DNA of 64,000 bases from Candidatus Latescibacterota bacterium (GTDB taxonomy: Bacteria; Latescibacterota; UBA2968; UBA8231). This document shows positions 1 to 9,447 of this stretch, in pieces. The position numbers were made by a program, and so were the translations under genes. The stretch is taken from positions 192,001 to 256,000 of the forward strand of contig OZ220089.1 in NCBI GenBank assembly GCA_964291625.2. Direction: 5' to 3'. The notes under the pieces are model-generated. The model saw nothing but the letters and a program-made list of their open reading frames with translations. It ran no database searches and was not told the origin of the DNA. Every line of letters begins with the position of its first letter. Position 1 is the stretch's first letter.

Positions 1-45
1 GAACCACATGATGATGGCCGTGCGCTCGCGCAGTTTCGTCATCAT
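1..45 (-). CDS. N-terminus of a probable SurA-N/PpiD-like peptidylprolyl isomerase (partial, runs off window)
   Basis: ATG at 45 just after the dppF stop; reads MMTKLRERTAIIMWF, resembling PpiD-type N-termini; only 15 codons visible. Confidence 0.5.
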   Translation of the reverse strand, partial: MMTKLRERTAIIMWF

Positions 46-51
46 TTTGCG

Positions 52-1074
52 TCAGCTCTCCTGGTGGGCGCCCGCCCTGGCCGGGGCTGACGCCGGGTCT
101 CTCAACAGGCAGGCCACGCGCCGCCCGTCTCCCGGGTCGACGAGGCCTGGCACCTCCCGACGGCAGCGGTCGCGCGCCTCGGGACAACGCGGGTGGAAGG
201 CGCAGCCCACGGGCACCCGGGCGGGGCTGGGGACATCGCCGCCCAGCACCACTCGCTGCCGGCGGGCGGCCGGGTCCGGCACCGGCACGGCGGCCATCAG
301 CGCCCGGGTATAGGGATGGCTCGGCGAGCCGAACAACTGGTCCCGGGTGGCAAGCTCCACGATTCGTCCCAGGTACATCACGGCCACGCGGTCGGCGACG
401 TGCCGGATGACGCCGAGGTCGTGAGCGATGAAGAGGTACGTGAGCCCGAGATCGCGCTGGATGTCCTGGAGCAGATTCACGATCTGCCCCTGCACGGAGA
501 CATCGAGGGCGGAGACCGGCTCATCGGCGACCACGAAGGCCGGGTTCACGGCCAGGGCCCGGGCGATGCCGATCCGTTGCCGCTGCCCGCCGCTGAACTC
601 GTGCGGGTACCGGGAGGCGGCGCTCGCCGGCAGGCCGACCCTCTCCAGAAGCTCGGCCACCCGTGCGGACATCCGGCCCTCCACGATCCCGTGGATCCGC
701 GGCCCCTCTCCGAGAAGGCTGCGCACCCGCATCCTCGGATTCAGGGAGCTGTACGGATCCTGGAACACCATCTGCATGTGCCGCCGCAGCGACCGCAGCT
801 CGCGGCCGTCGAGGTCCGCGAGGTTCCGGCCCTGAAAGTACGCCGCCCCCGAGGTGGCGTCGAGGAGCCGCAGCATCAGCCGGCCGAGGGTTGTCTTGCC
901 GCAGCCGCTCTCGCCGACGACGCCGAGGGTTTCGCCGGGCCACACCTGCAGGGAGACGTCCTCCACCGCGCGCACCCAGCCGCGGACGCGCCCCCAGGCC
1001 CCGCGGCGGACCGGGAAGTACTTGCCCAGGCCGCGGGTCTCGACGATGGGCTCCACGGCCTCAGACGGAGGCAT
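52..1074 (-). CDS. dppF: Peptide ABC transporter ATP-binding subunit (DppF/OppF family)
   Basis: Walker [45 protein letters not shown]-terminal GCAFHPRC. Confidence 0.93.
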   Translation of the reverse strand: MPPSEAVEPIVETRGLGKYFPVRRGAWGRVRGWVRAVEDVSLQVWPGETLGVVGESGCGKTTLGRLMLRLLDATSGAAYFQGRNLADLDGRELRSLRRHMQMVFQDPYSSLNPRMRVRSLLGEGPRIHGIVEGRMSARVAELLERVGLPASAASRYPHEFSGGQRQRIGIARALAVNPAFVVADEPVSALDVSVQGQIVNLLQDIQRDLGLTYLFIAHDLGVIRHVADRVAVMYLGRIVELATRDQLFGSPSHPYTRALMAAVPVPDPAARRQRVVLGGDVPSPARVPVGCAFHPRCPEARDRCRREVPGLVDPGDGRRVACLLRDPASAPARAGAHQES

Positions 1075-2074
1075 CCCATCTCCAGCAGGCGGCGCCGTGG
1101 CCCGGACCGACCTCCTCCAGGGACGGGGACTCGCCGCGACAGCGGTCCTCCGCCAGTGGGCACCGGGGGTGGAAGCGGCAGCCCGAGGGGAAACCCGTGG
1201 CCTCGGGGACGCGGCCGGGGATGACCTCCAGGCGGTTCAGGGGACCCTGGAGCTGCGGGACCGAGCGCAGCAGCCCCCTCGTGTACGGATGCCGGGGGTC
1301 GGCGAAGAGCCGCGCCGTCTCCGCCGTCTCCACGATGCGCCCCGCGTACATCACCGCCACCCTGTCGGCGGTCTCGGCCACGACGCCGAGATCGTGGGTG
1401 ATCAGCAGGACGGCCATGTGGAACTCGGCCTGCAGCCGTTGCAGCAGGTCCAGGATCTGGGCCTGGGTGGTCACGTCGAGGGCCGTGGTCGGCTCGTCGG
1501 CGATGAGCACGTCGGGGGTGCAGGACAGGGCCATGGCGATCATGACCCGCTGCCGCATGCCGCCGCTGAGCTGGTGCGGGTACTCGTCGACGCGCTGCTC
1601 CGGAGCCGGGATGCCAACCCTCCGCATCATGTCGACGGCCCGCTCCCGCGCCTCCCGCCGGCCCGCGTCCCGGTGCCGGCGGACGGCCTCGGCGATCTGG
1701 TCGCCGCAGGTCAGGACCGGATTGAGGCTGGTCATCGGCTCCTGGAAGATCATGGCGATTTGGTTGCCCCGGACGCCGCGCATCTCCTCCTCCTCCAGGT
1801 CGAGGAGATCGCGCCCCCGGAGCCGGACCCGGCCCCCCTCGATCCGGCCCGGAGAGGAGACCAGCCGCAGTACGGACAGGGCGGCGAGGCTCTTGCCGCA
1901 GCCGCTCTCTCCCACCAGCCCGAGGGTCTCGCCCCGGCCGAGGTGGAAGGAGAGTCCGTCGACGGCGCGTCCGACCCCGCTCCGGGTGTGGAACCAGGTG
2001 CGCAGACCGCGCACCTCGAGGACCGGCTCCTCGCCTGACGCCGGGCCCGGGGGCGAAGGGGTCACGGCCGTCAC
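1061..2074 (-). CDS. dppD: Peptide ABC transporter ATP-binding subunit (DppD/OppD family)
   Basis: [41 protein letters not shown]; GTG start at 2074 overlaps upstream TGA (GTGA). Confidence 0.92.
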   Translation of the reverse strand: MTAVTPSPPGPASGEEPVLEVRGLRTWFHTRSGVGRAVDGLSFHLGRGETLGLVGESGCGKSLAALSVLRLVSSPGRIEGGRVRLRGRDLLDLEEEEMRGVRGNQIAMIFQEPMTSLNPVLTCGDQIAEAVRRHRDAGRREARERAVDMMRRVGIPAPEQRVDEYPHQLSGGMRQRVMIAMALSCTPDVLIADEPTTALDVTTQAQILDLLQRLQAEFHMAVLLITHDLGVVAETADRVAVMYAGRIVETAETARLFADPRHPYTRGLLRSVPQLQGPLNRLEVIPGRVPEATGFPSGCRFHPRCPLAEDRCRGESPSLEEVGPGHGAACWRWDASV

Positions 2075-2882
2075 CGGGAGAGTGGGGCGGCGTCTGTGGC
2101 CCGCAGGGCGTGACCCTCCGTGCCGTACGTCTCCCGGGCCAGGATCTCGGCCCGCCGGCGCTCCGCGGGGGTCAGTGGGGCCTCGCGAACGGGCAGCCCG
2201 AGGACCTGACCGAAGCCTGCCGCCAGGCAGTCCACGAAGCGGTCCCTGTCCAGGGGCTGCCCGGCGCACTCGGCCAGGTGCGTGCTCGCAGCCTCCAGAG
2301 ACGGATCCCCCTGCCGCGGCGCCGGGATCAACTCCGTCAGGCGCAGGTGCTCGGGCCCGGCCAGCAGGGAACCGTGCTGCAGCAGCGCCCCCCGCGTGCG
2401 GCGCTGGGCGCTGCCCACCAGCTTGCGGCCGCCGCTGGTCAACTCCCAGCGCGAGGCGCTGGCGAAGCAGGCCCCGTGCCGGGCGCCGGGACGCCCCCCG
2501 GGAGCCAACTCGACGTCGACCCCGCCGCGCCGCAGGCCCTCGGCCAGACACTCCCCGAGGATGCGGCACGCCTCCGGCAGGGGATGGGCCGCGGGGCCCT
2601 CGCCCTCGGCGCAGTGAAAGCTGTAGGTGATCTCGTTCCAGTGCAGGACCGCCCGCCCCCCGTGGGGCGGCGAACGATGTCGATGCCGAGGTCCCGGCAA
2701 CGGCCGACGTCGACGGCCTCCCGGGCGCGCTGGCCCAAACCGAGACTGACCGCCGGGGGGCTCCACCCGTAGGTGCGCAGGATCGGGCCGCCGCCGCCGC
2801 GGGCGGCGTCGAGGAGGACGTCGTCGACGGCCATGTTGAGCGCCCCCGGCAGTGCCCCCGTGTCCAGGAAGCGCATCGACAT
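2071..2882 (-). CDS. Lipoate-protein ligase A / LipM-type octanoyltransferase, with apparent frameshift near 2655
   Basis: [23 protein letters not shown] and VRRPTGG in one frame; [15 protein letters not shown] and LLQHGS in another frame. Confidence 0.85.
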
Positions 2883-3658
2883 CAGATCTCGCCGAGGCTC
2901 TGCAGCGCGTCCCTGGCGGCCATCTGCTGCGCCTCCTTCTTGGAGCGCCCCTGCCCCCGGCCGATGGTCTGGCCGGTGACGCTCACATCGACACTGAAGA
3001 CCTTGTCGTGGTCGGGACCGCGCTCGCCCTGCACCTGGTACCGGGGATGGCCTTCTCCCTGCCCCTGCACATGCTCGAGGAGCTTGCTCTTGAAGTTGAC
3101 GAAGTCCTCCCCGCCCACCAGCCCTTCCATGTCGTGGAGGACGACGGCCTCGACGAAGCGGCGCGCCGGCCGCAGCCCCCCGTCGAGGTAGAGGGCGCCG
3201 ATGACGGCCTCGAAGGCGTCGCTGAGGATCGAGTCCTGGTCGGCGCCGCCGGCGGCTCTCTCCTCGGGACTGAGCAGAATGTGGCCGCCCAGGTCCATCG
3301 CTCGCGCCCGGCGGGCCAGGAGAGCGCGGCTCACGGCCAGGGATTTCATCTGTGTCAGGTCTCCCTCACGCCGGTCGCGGTAGCGGCGGAACAGGTGGTC
3401 CGCCACCAGGAGGTCGAGGACGGCGTCGCCGAGGTACTCCAGGCGCTCGTTGGAATCGACCCCGTCGCAGTGGTTGGCGTACACGTAGGAGCGGTGCTTG
3501 AGGGCGTGGGCGAGGAGGCGGGGATCGCGGAACCGGTACCCGAGCCGTCTCTCCAAGTCCCGGAGCCGCGGCACCTCGGCCGCCGACGGCCTCAGGCCGA
3601 GCCGGCCGAGAGCGGCGCGAATCCAACCCATCCGCTGGCGGGGAGGATCCGTCGGCAA
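2882..3658 (-). CDS. rnc: Ribonuclease III
   Basis: NERLEYLGDAVL signature, SDAFEAVIGALYLDGG, C-terminal dsRBD (GPDHDKVF, SKKEAQQMAA). Confidence 0.97.
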   Translation of the reverse strand: MPTDPPRQRMGWIRAALGRLGLRPSAAEVPRLRDLERRLGYRFRDPRLLAHALKHRSYVYANHCDGVDSNERLEYLGDAVLDLLVADHLFRRYRDRREGDLTQMKSLAVSRALLARRARAMDLGGHILLSPEERAAGGADQDSILSDAFEAVIGALYLDGGLRPARRFVEAVVLHDMEGLVGGEDFVNFKSKLLEHVQGQGEGHPRYQVQGERGPDHDKVFSVDVSVTGQTIGRGQGRSKKEAQQMAARDALQSLGEI

Positions 3659-3668
3659 AGGCGGGTCC

Positions 3669-4916
3669 TCAGGCGGCGCGGGTGAAGACGAGGGCGGCGT
3701 TGTGGCCGCCGAAACCGAAGGAGTTGTTCATCACGCCGTCGACCTGCACCTCTCGGGCCTCGTTGGCCACGTAGTCGAGATCGCAGGCCGGGTCGGGGGT
3801 TTCGTAGTTGATCGTCGGTGGCAGCACTCCGTTCTTGAGGGCGAGCAGGCAGGCGATGCTCTCGACGGCGCCCGCGGCGCCGAGGAGGTGCCCGGTCATC
3901 GACTTGGTGGAGCTCACGGCCAGCCCCTGTGCCCGGTCGCCGAAAACGCCTTTCAGCGCCGCCGTTTCCTGCGGGTCACCGACCACGGTGGAGGTGCCGT
4001 GGGCGTTGACGTAGCCGATCCCCCCCGGGTCGAGGCGGGCGTCCTCCAGGGCCAGGCGCATCGCCCGGGCGCCGCCCTCTCCCTCGGGAGCCATGTCGGT
4101 GATGTGGTAGGCGTCGGCGGTGAATCCGAGTCCGCGGAACTCGCCGTAGATTTCGGCGCCCCGGCGGCGGGCATGCTCGTACTCCTCCAGAACCAGGGCC
4201 CCCGCCCCCTCGCCGAGGACGAAGCCGGAGCGGTCGGCGTCGAAGGGCCGGCTCGCCCGCCGCGGCTCGTCGTTGCGCACGGACAGGGCCCGGGCGGCGG
4301 CGAAGCCGGCCACGGACAGAGGCGTGACGGCGGCCTCGGTGCCGCCGGTGACCATGACATCGGCGTCGCCGTACTGGATCTTGCGCCCCGCCTCGCCGAT
4401 GGCGTGGGCGGCCGAGGCGCAGGCCGACACGGTGGTGTAGTTGGGGCCTCGGGCGCCGAGCTTGATGGAGATCATCCCCGCCGACATGTCGCTGATGATC
4501 ATGGGGACGAAGAACGGGCTCAGGCGCCCCGGCCCGCGCTCGCTGAGCACGGAGTGCTGGTCCTCGAGGGTGGCGATGCCGCCGATGCCCGAGCCGAAGA
4601 TGACGCCTACGCGCTCGGACCGGAGGCGGTCCATGTCGAGGCCGGCGTCGGCGAAGGCCTGCGTGGCCGCATGCACGCCGTACTGGACGAAGGCGTCGTT
4701 GCGGCGAACCTCCTTGCGGTCGAGGCAGGACTCGGGGTCGAAGCCCTTGACCTCCCCCGCGATCGTGACCTTCTGGCCGGTGGTGTCGAAGCGGGTGATG
4801 GGCCCGATGCCGGAACGGCCGTTGGTCAGGGCGTCCCAGTAGGCGACGGGATCGTTGCCGTTCGGGGCCAGCACCCCGAGTCCGGTGACCACCACTCTCC
4901 GCCGCTCCACGACCAC
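3669..4916 (-). CDS. fabF: 3-oxoacyl-ACP synthase II
   Basis: RRVVVTGLG, SACASA, NAHGTST, KSMTGHLLGAAG, NSFGFGGHN. Confidence 0.97.
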   Translation of the reverse strand: MVVERRRVVVTGLGVLAPNGNDPVAYWDALTNGRSGIGPITRFDTTGQKVTIAGEVKGFDPESCLDRKEVRRNDAFVQYGVHAATQAFADAGLDMDRLRSERVGVIFGSGIGGIATLEDQHSVLSERGPGRLSPFFVPMIISDMSAGMISIKLGARGPNYTTVSACASAAHAIGEAGRKIQYGDADVMVTGGTEAAVTPLSVAGFAAARALSVRNDEPRRASRPFDADRSGFVLGEGAGALVLEEYEHARRRGAEIYGEFRGLGFTADAYHITDMAPEGEGGARAMRLALEDARLDPGGIGYVNAHGTSTVVGDPQETAALKGVFGDRAQGLAVSSTKSMTGHLLGAAGAVESIACLLALKNGVLPPTINYETPDPACDLDYVANEAREVQVDGVMNNSFGFGGHNAALVFTRAA

Positions 4917-4920
4917 CGCC

Positions 4921-5160
4921 TCAGGCCTTGGCGTTCTCTTCGAGGTACTGAATGGCGTCGGTGACGGAAACGATCTTCTCGGCGTCCTCGTCGGGGATAT
5001 CGAGGCCGAACTCCTCCTCGAAGGCCATGACCAGCTCGACCGTGTCGAGCGAGTCGGCGCCGAGGTCGTCGATGAAGGACGCCTCCCTGGTCACCTGCTC
5101 GGCATTGACGCCGAGCTGTTCGACGATCAGGTCGCGTACCCGCTCTTCGATGGTTGGCAT
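4921..5160 (-). CDS. acpP: Acyl carrier protein
   Basis: [21 protein letters not shown] phosphopantetheine motif; SD AAGGAGGAG upstream. Confidence 0.98.
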   Translation of the reverse strand: MPTIEERVRDLIVEQLGVNAEQVTREASFIDDLGADSLDTVELVMAFEEEFGLDIPDEDAEKIVSVTDAIQYLEENAKA

Positions 5161-5223
5161 GCAGGTCTCCTCCTTGTGCGCTTGCCGAATCGGGGGTGGG
5201 CAACGTTACCCGGGCGGTTCACC

Positions 5224-5252
5224 TATATATGCAGGGTCCTGAGACGGCGCAA
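5224..5252 (-). promoter_or_regulatory. Putative sigma70 promoter for acpP-fabF
   Basis: Minus strand TTGCGC-17 nt-TATATA in the fabG-acpP intergenic region. Confidence 0.5.
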
Positions 5253-5280
5253 CCGGGATCCTGGATCCCGCGCCGCCCGG

Positions 5281-6027
5281 CTACATCGTCATGCCGCCGT
5301 CGACGGCCAGCACCTGCCCGGTGATGTAGGCGGCCCGTTGGGAAGCGAGAAAAGCCACGGCGTCGGCCACCTCCTCCGGTGTGCCCGTCCGGGCCAGTGG
5401 CACGTGAGCCATCAGGTGCTCGACGGCCTCCTCCGGGAGCTCGGCCGTCATTCCCGTATCCGGGACGTACCCAGGGGCGACGACGTTGACGGTGACCCCG
5501 CGCGAGGCCATCTCGCGGGCCAGGCTCTTGGTGAAGCCGATCAGTCCCGCCTTCGAGGCCGAGTAGTTGGCCTGGCCGGCGTTGCCCACGATCCCCGCCA
5601 CGGAGGAGATGGAGATGATCCGCCCCTCCCGGGCGCGCATCATCGGCCGGGCCGCCGCCTTGGTGCAGTGGAAGGCGCCCTTGAGATTGGTCGCCAGCAC
5701 CGCGTCCCAGTCCTCCTCCTTCATGCGCAGCAGGAGGTTGTCGCGCCGGATGCCGGCGTTGTTGACGAGGATGTGGATGCCCCCCAGCTCGGAGATCGTC
5801 CGCTTCACGGTCTCCGCTGCCTGGCCGGCGTTGGAGACGTCCGCCGCGCATGCGAGGGACGGCACCCCCAGGGCGGCGATCTCGGCGGCCGTGGACTCCG
5901 CCGCCGACTCCGTGCGCGCGCAGACGGCCACGGCCGCGCCCTCCGCCGCAAGGCGCAGGGCGATCGCCCGCCCGATGCCGCGGGATCCGCCGGTGACCAG
6001 GGCTGCCTTGCCGTCGAGATCTGCCAT
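5281..6027 (-). CDS. fabG: 3-oxoacyl-ACP reductase
   Basis: TGGSRGIG, NNAGI, NYSASKAG; SD GAGGGAG before ATG 6027; fab context. Confidence 0.96.
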   Translation of the reverse strand: MADLDGKAALVTGGSRGIGRAIALRLAAEGAAVAVCARTESAAESTAAEIAALGVPSLACAADVSNAGQAAETVKRTISELGGIHILVNNAGIRRDNLLLRMKEEDWDAVLATNLKGAFHCTKAAARPMMRAREGRIISISSVAGIVGNAGQANYSASKAGLIGFTKSLAREMASRGVTVNVVAPGYVPDTGMTAELPEEAVEHLMAHVPLARTGTPEEVADAVAFLASQRAAYITGQVLAVDGGMTM

Positions 6028-6046
6028 CGCTCTCCCTCGTGGGAAT

Positions 6047-6973
6047 TCAGACACCGGTTTCGAGACCGCTCATCTCCTCGGCGGTGCCCGCGGTCTCCAC
6101 CCTCAGGTCGCGGAGGATGCGTCGGACCAGGCCCTTCAGCACGCTGCCGGGACCGACCTCGAAGGCCCGCTCCACCCCCATGGCGGAGAGGGCCCGCACA
6201 GACTCCGTCCAGCGCACGGGAGCCGTCATCTGCTCGAAGAGGAGGCGCCGCAGTGCGCGGGGATCGGTCTCGGGCGCAGCGGTCACGTTGGTCACCACGG
6301 GCACCGAGGGGGGGCTGAACCGGGTCCCCGCCAGCCGCGGCGCCAGGCCTTCGGCGGCCGACGCCATGAGAGGGGAGTGAAAGGCTCCGCTCACCGGCAG
6401 TTCGACAACCCTCCGGGCGCCGGCCGCCTCGGCGGCGGCCATGGCCCTCTCCACCGCGCCCGCCTCGCCGGACAGGACCACCTGGCCCGGGGAGTTGTAG
6501 TTCGCGGGCACCACCTCGGGACCGATCTCCTCGCACAGACCCGCCGCGACGTCGTCTTCGAGGCCGATGACGGCCGCCATCTTCCCCGGACGCTCGCCGC
6601 CGGCGGCCTGCATCAGGCGCCCCCGCTCCCGCACCAGGGACAGGCCCTCGGGGAATTCGAGCACCCCGGCGGCCGTGAGGGCCGAGTACTCCCCGAGGCT
6701 GTGGCCCGCCACCGCGTCCGGGCGAAGGCCGCGCTCCGCCAGCAGGCGGGCCACGGCGACGCTGTGCACGTACACGGCCGGCTGGGTGACCTCGGTCTGG
6801 CTGAGACGCTCCATCGGTCCCTCGAAGCAGACCCGCGACAGGTCGAATCCGAGTATCCCGTCGGCCTCCTCGAAGGTCTCCCGGACCACGGGATGGCGCT
6901 CCCGGAGATCGGCCCCCATGCCGACGAACTGGGAGGCCTGGCCGGGAAAGAGAAAGGCGGTTCCGGCGCTCAC
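6047..6973 (-). CDS. fabD: Malonyl-CoA:ACP transacylase
   Basis: FPGQASQ, GHSLGEY, VSGAFHSPLM, EVGPG. Confidence 0.96.
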   Translation of the reverse strand: MSAGTAFLFPGQASQFVGMGADLRERHPVVRETFEEADGILGFDLSRVCFEGPMERLSQTEVTQPAVYVHSVAVARLLAERGLRPDAVAGHSLGEYSALTAAGVLEFPEGLSLVRERGRLMQAAGGERPGKMAAVIGLEDDVAAGLCEEIGPEVVPANYNSPGQVVLSGEAGAVERAMAAAEAAGARRVVELPVSGAFHSPLMASAAEGLAPRLAGTRFSPPSVPVVTNVTAAPETDPRALRRLLFEQMTAPVRWTESVRALSAMGVERAFEVGPGSVLKGLVRRILRDLRVETAGTAEEMSGLETGV

Positions 6974-7977
6974 GAGACCCGGCCCCAGCGCAGGAGGACG
7001 CTGCCCCAGGTGAGGCCGGCGCCGACGGCCGTCATCTGCACCAGGTCTCCGGGTTCCAGGCGGCCCTCCTCCGCCGCCTCGGAGAGGGCGATGGGCACGG
7101 TACCGGCCGTGGTGTTGGCATAGCGTTCGATGTTGCTCAGCACTCGCTCCTCCTCCAGGCCCATGCGCTCGGCGGTGGCGGTGATGATCCGCTGGTTCGC
7201 CTGGTGCGGGACGAACAGCTTCAGGTCCTTCGGGGTCAGTCCGTTGCGCTCCAGCAGGGAGAGCGAGACCTCCGCCATCCGCTGGATGGCGAAGCGGAAG
7301 ACCGCCCGGCCCTCCTGGTGAAGGTAGTGGTCCCGGGCTTCCACCGTCTCCCGGGTCGCCGGGTGCAGGCTGCCGCCGGCGCGGATGAAGAGGTCCTTGC
7401 CTCCGCGGCCGTCGGCGTGCAGCTCGAAGTCCACGATCCCCTCGTCCGCAGCCTGCGCCGGCTCGAGCAGAACCCCTCCGGCGCCGTCGCCGAAGAGGAC
7501 GCAGGTGGCGCGGTCGGTGGGATCGACGACGGCGCTCATCTTGTCGGCGCCGATGACCATCACCTTGCGGTGCGCCCCGGTGGCGATGAACTGGGCCCCC
7601 GAGACCAGGGCGTAGACGAACCCCGAGCAGGCGGCCTGGAGGTCGAAGGCCCAGGCGCGGGTGGCGCCGACGGCCGCCTGCACCAGGCAGGCCGTGGAGG
7701 GGAGGAGCATGTCGGGCGTCATCGTCGCCACGATGATCAGGTCGACCTCCTCGGCGGCCGTCCCGGTGCGCCGGAGCAAGCCCTCGGCGACCTCGGTGGC
7801 CAGGGTGGAGATGCCGGCCCCTTCGAGGATCCGGCGCTCGCGGATTCCGGTGCGCTCGCGGATCCAGGCGTCGGAGCTGTCGACGACGCGCTCGAGGTCG
7901 AAGTTGGTGACCACCTTGTCGGGCAGGGCGCGCTCCACCGCCGTGATCGCCGCGACGGCGGCATGCGCAGGGGACAC
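6970..7977 (-). CDS. fabH: 3-oxoacyl-ACP synthase III
   Basis: DLQAACSGF, LFGDGAG, PHQANQRI, YANT, GAGLTWG. Confidence 0.96.
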   Translation of the reverse strand: MSPAHAAVAAITAVERALPDKVVTNFDLERVVDSSDAWIRERTGIRERRILEGAGISTLATEVAEGLLRRTGTAAEEVDLIIVATMTPDMLLPSTACLVQAAVGATRAWAFDLQAACSGFVYALVSGAQFIATGAHRKVMVIGADKMSAVVDPTDRATCVLFGDGAGGVLLEPAQAADEGIVDFELHADGRGGKDLFIRAGGSLHPATRETVEARDHYLHQEGRAVFRFAIQRMAEVSLSLLERNGLTPKDLKLFVPHQANQRIITATAERMGLEEERVLSNIERYANTTAGTVPIALSEAAEEGRLEPGDLVQMTAVGAGLTWGSVLLRWGRVS

Positions 7978-8123
7978 GGGGAGATCTCCGGCGCCTTGGG
8001 GTTCAGACCCGCGGTGCGACGGAACCGACTGTCGAAGGCCCGTCGGGACGCACCGGTGGGCAGGCCTCGATCAGCTCGCTCCCGGCGCGAGCCCGGACGG
8101 ACCTGGTCAAGGGACCCCGGTCC

Positions 8124-8306
8124 CTAGTCCGAGGGCTCGAGGTAGGCGCGGCCCCGGTAGTGGCCGCAACTCTTGCAGACGCGATGAGGGCGGGCGGGCT
8201 GGCCGCAGTTGGAACAGGAGGTGATTGTGGCGGCCCTGAGCTTCCAGTGGGTACGGCGCTTGTCACGGCGTGTGCGCGAGATCCTTCGCTTCGGTACGGC
8301 GGCCAT
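8124..8306 (-). CDS. rpmF: 50S ribosomal protein L32
   Basis: [21 protein letters not shown] and CxxC..PHRVCxxCG zinc ribbon. Confidence 0.97.
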   Translation of the reverse strand: MAAVPKRRISRTRRDKRRTHWKLRAATITSCSNCGQPARPHRVCKSCGHYRGRAYLEPSD

Positions 8307-8313
8307 CTTCTCC

Positions 8314-8871
8314 CTAGCTCCTTTGACTCGTCTGTTGCTTCAGTCGGGCGAGAACCTCCCACCGGGGGTCGTCGACCTGGTCCGTGCAGGAGCAGGCGAC
8401 ACGGTTGCGGTCCTCCCCGCACCGTGGGCACAGGCCCAGGCAGTCGGGCTTGCAGTAGATCCGCAGGGGCATCTCCAGCACGAGAGCGTCGTGCAGGCGC
8501 TCGACGAGGTCGACCTCCTTGACCCCGGGATCGACGATCTCCACCTCGTCCTCCTCCGCAACCGCCGCCACTTCGTCCTCGGTGGCCTCCTTGCGCTGAA
8601 GGAGAAACTGCATCTGCGCCCGGACCCGGGTGCGGGCCTCTGCCAAGCAGCGGCAGCACTCGCCTCGCAACGTGGCGCCGAGGGACCCGCTCACCGTGAA
8701 CATCTGCAGGCTGCGGACGACCCGCAGGGTGACACCGACGGGACCTTCGAACTCGAAGTCGACATCCGCCAGATCGAGATGGTCCGGATCGATATCGAAG
8801 CGATCCTCGCTCCGGCCTTCCTCCACCTCATCGAGGAGGATCGTCGTCGGCCGCCCCTGGCGGCTCGGCAA
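8314..8871 (-). CDS. yceD: YceD/DUF177 family protein
   Basis: [34 protein letters not shown]; directly upstream of rpmF; TTG 8871 with GGGGGAGG SD. Confidence 0.88.
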   Translation of the reverse strand: MPSRQGRPTTILLDEVEEGRSEDRFDIDPDHLDLADVDFEFEGPVGVTLRVVRSLQMFTVSGSLGATLRGECCRCLAEARTRVRAQMQFLLQRKEATEDEVAAVAEEDEVEIVDPGVKEVDLVERLHDALVLEMPLRIYCKPDCLGLCPRCGEDRNRVACSCTDQVDDPRWEVLARLKQQTSQRS

Positions 8872-8885
8872 GGGGGCCTCCCCCT

Positions 8886-9287
8886 TCAGAAGAAGAACCC
8901 GATCTCGCGGACCGCGTTCTCCGGAGAGTCGGAAGCGTGCACGGCGTTGCACTGCACGTCGGTGCCGAAGTCGGCGCGGATCGTGCCCGCCGCCGCCCGG
9001 GTGCTGTCGGTCTCGCCGATGAACCGCCGCAGATGGGCGACGGCGTCGGGGCCCTCCAGCACCATCGGCACCACCGGACCCGAGGTCATGAAGGCCACCA
9101 GTTCTTCGTAGAAGGGCCGCTCCCGGTGGACCTCGTAGAACGCCCTCGCCCGCTCCTGCGGGAGCCGCTCCATGCGCAGCTCCCGCAGCAGGAATCCCTC
9201 GCCCTCGAGCCGCGCCAGAATCTGTCCCACCGCGTTCCTGGCTACGGCGTCGGGCTTGACGATGAGGAGCGTGCGCTCCGTCTCCAC
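8886..9287 (-). CDS. ndk: Nucleoside diphosphate kinase
   Basis: ERTLLIVKPDAV, FYEVHRERPFY, GTIRADFG, NAVHASDS; GTG start inferred at 9287. Confidence 0.96.
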   Translation of the reverse strand: METERTLLIVKPDAVARNAVGQILARLEGEGFLLRELRMERLPQERARAFYEVHRERPFYEELVAFMTSGPVVPMVLEGPDAVAHLRRFIGETDSTRAAAGTIRADFGTDVQCNAVHASDSPENAVREIGFFF

Positions 9288-9363
9288 CTGCGATCCCCCC
9301 CGGGTGCGAACCGGCGAAAAAGCGGCCGGAGCGGATACCGCTCCGGCCTGACATAAGTGCATG

Positions 9364-9392
9364 AATTTAGGGGCGATTAGGACAACTGTCAA
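9364..9392 (-). promoter_or_regulatory. Sigma70 promoter for the ndk-fab operon
   Basis: Minus strand TTGACA-17 nt-TAAATT. Confidence 0.7.
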
Positions 9393-9410
9393 CGTGATCG
9401 AAAGCGCTGC

Positions 9411-9439
9411 TTGACAGGGTTTTTCGAGCCGGATAGATT
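9411..9439 (+). promoter_or_regulatory. Sigma70 promoter for the HD-rlmI-uvrC-xerD operon
   Basis: TTGACA-17 nt-TAGATT, ending 8 nt before ATG 9448. Confidence 0.72.
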
Positions 9440-9447
9440 GCCGCGGG

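Noticed and set aside
7978-8123. Structured ncRNA or riboswitch between rpmF and fabH
   Set aside because: GC-rich hairpins are expected by chance; no known motif recognised
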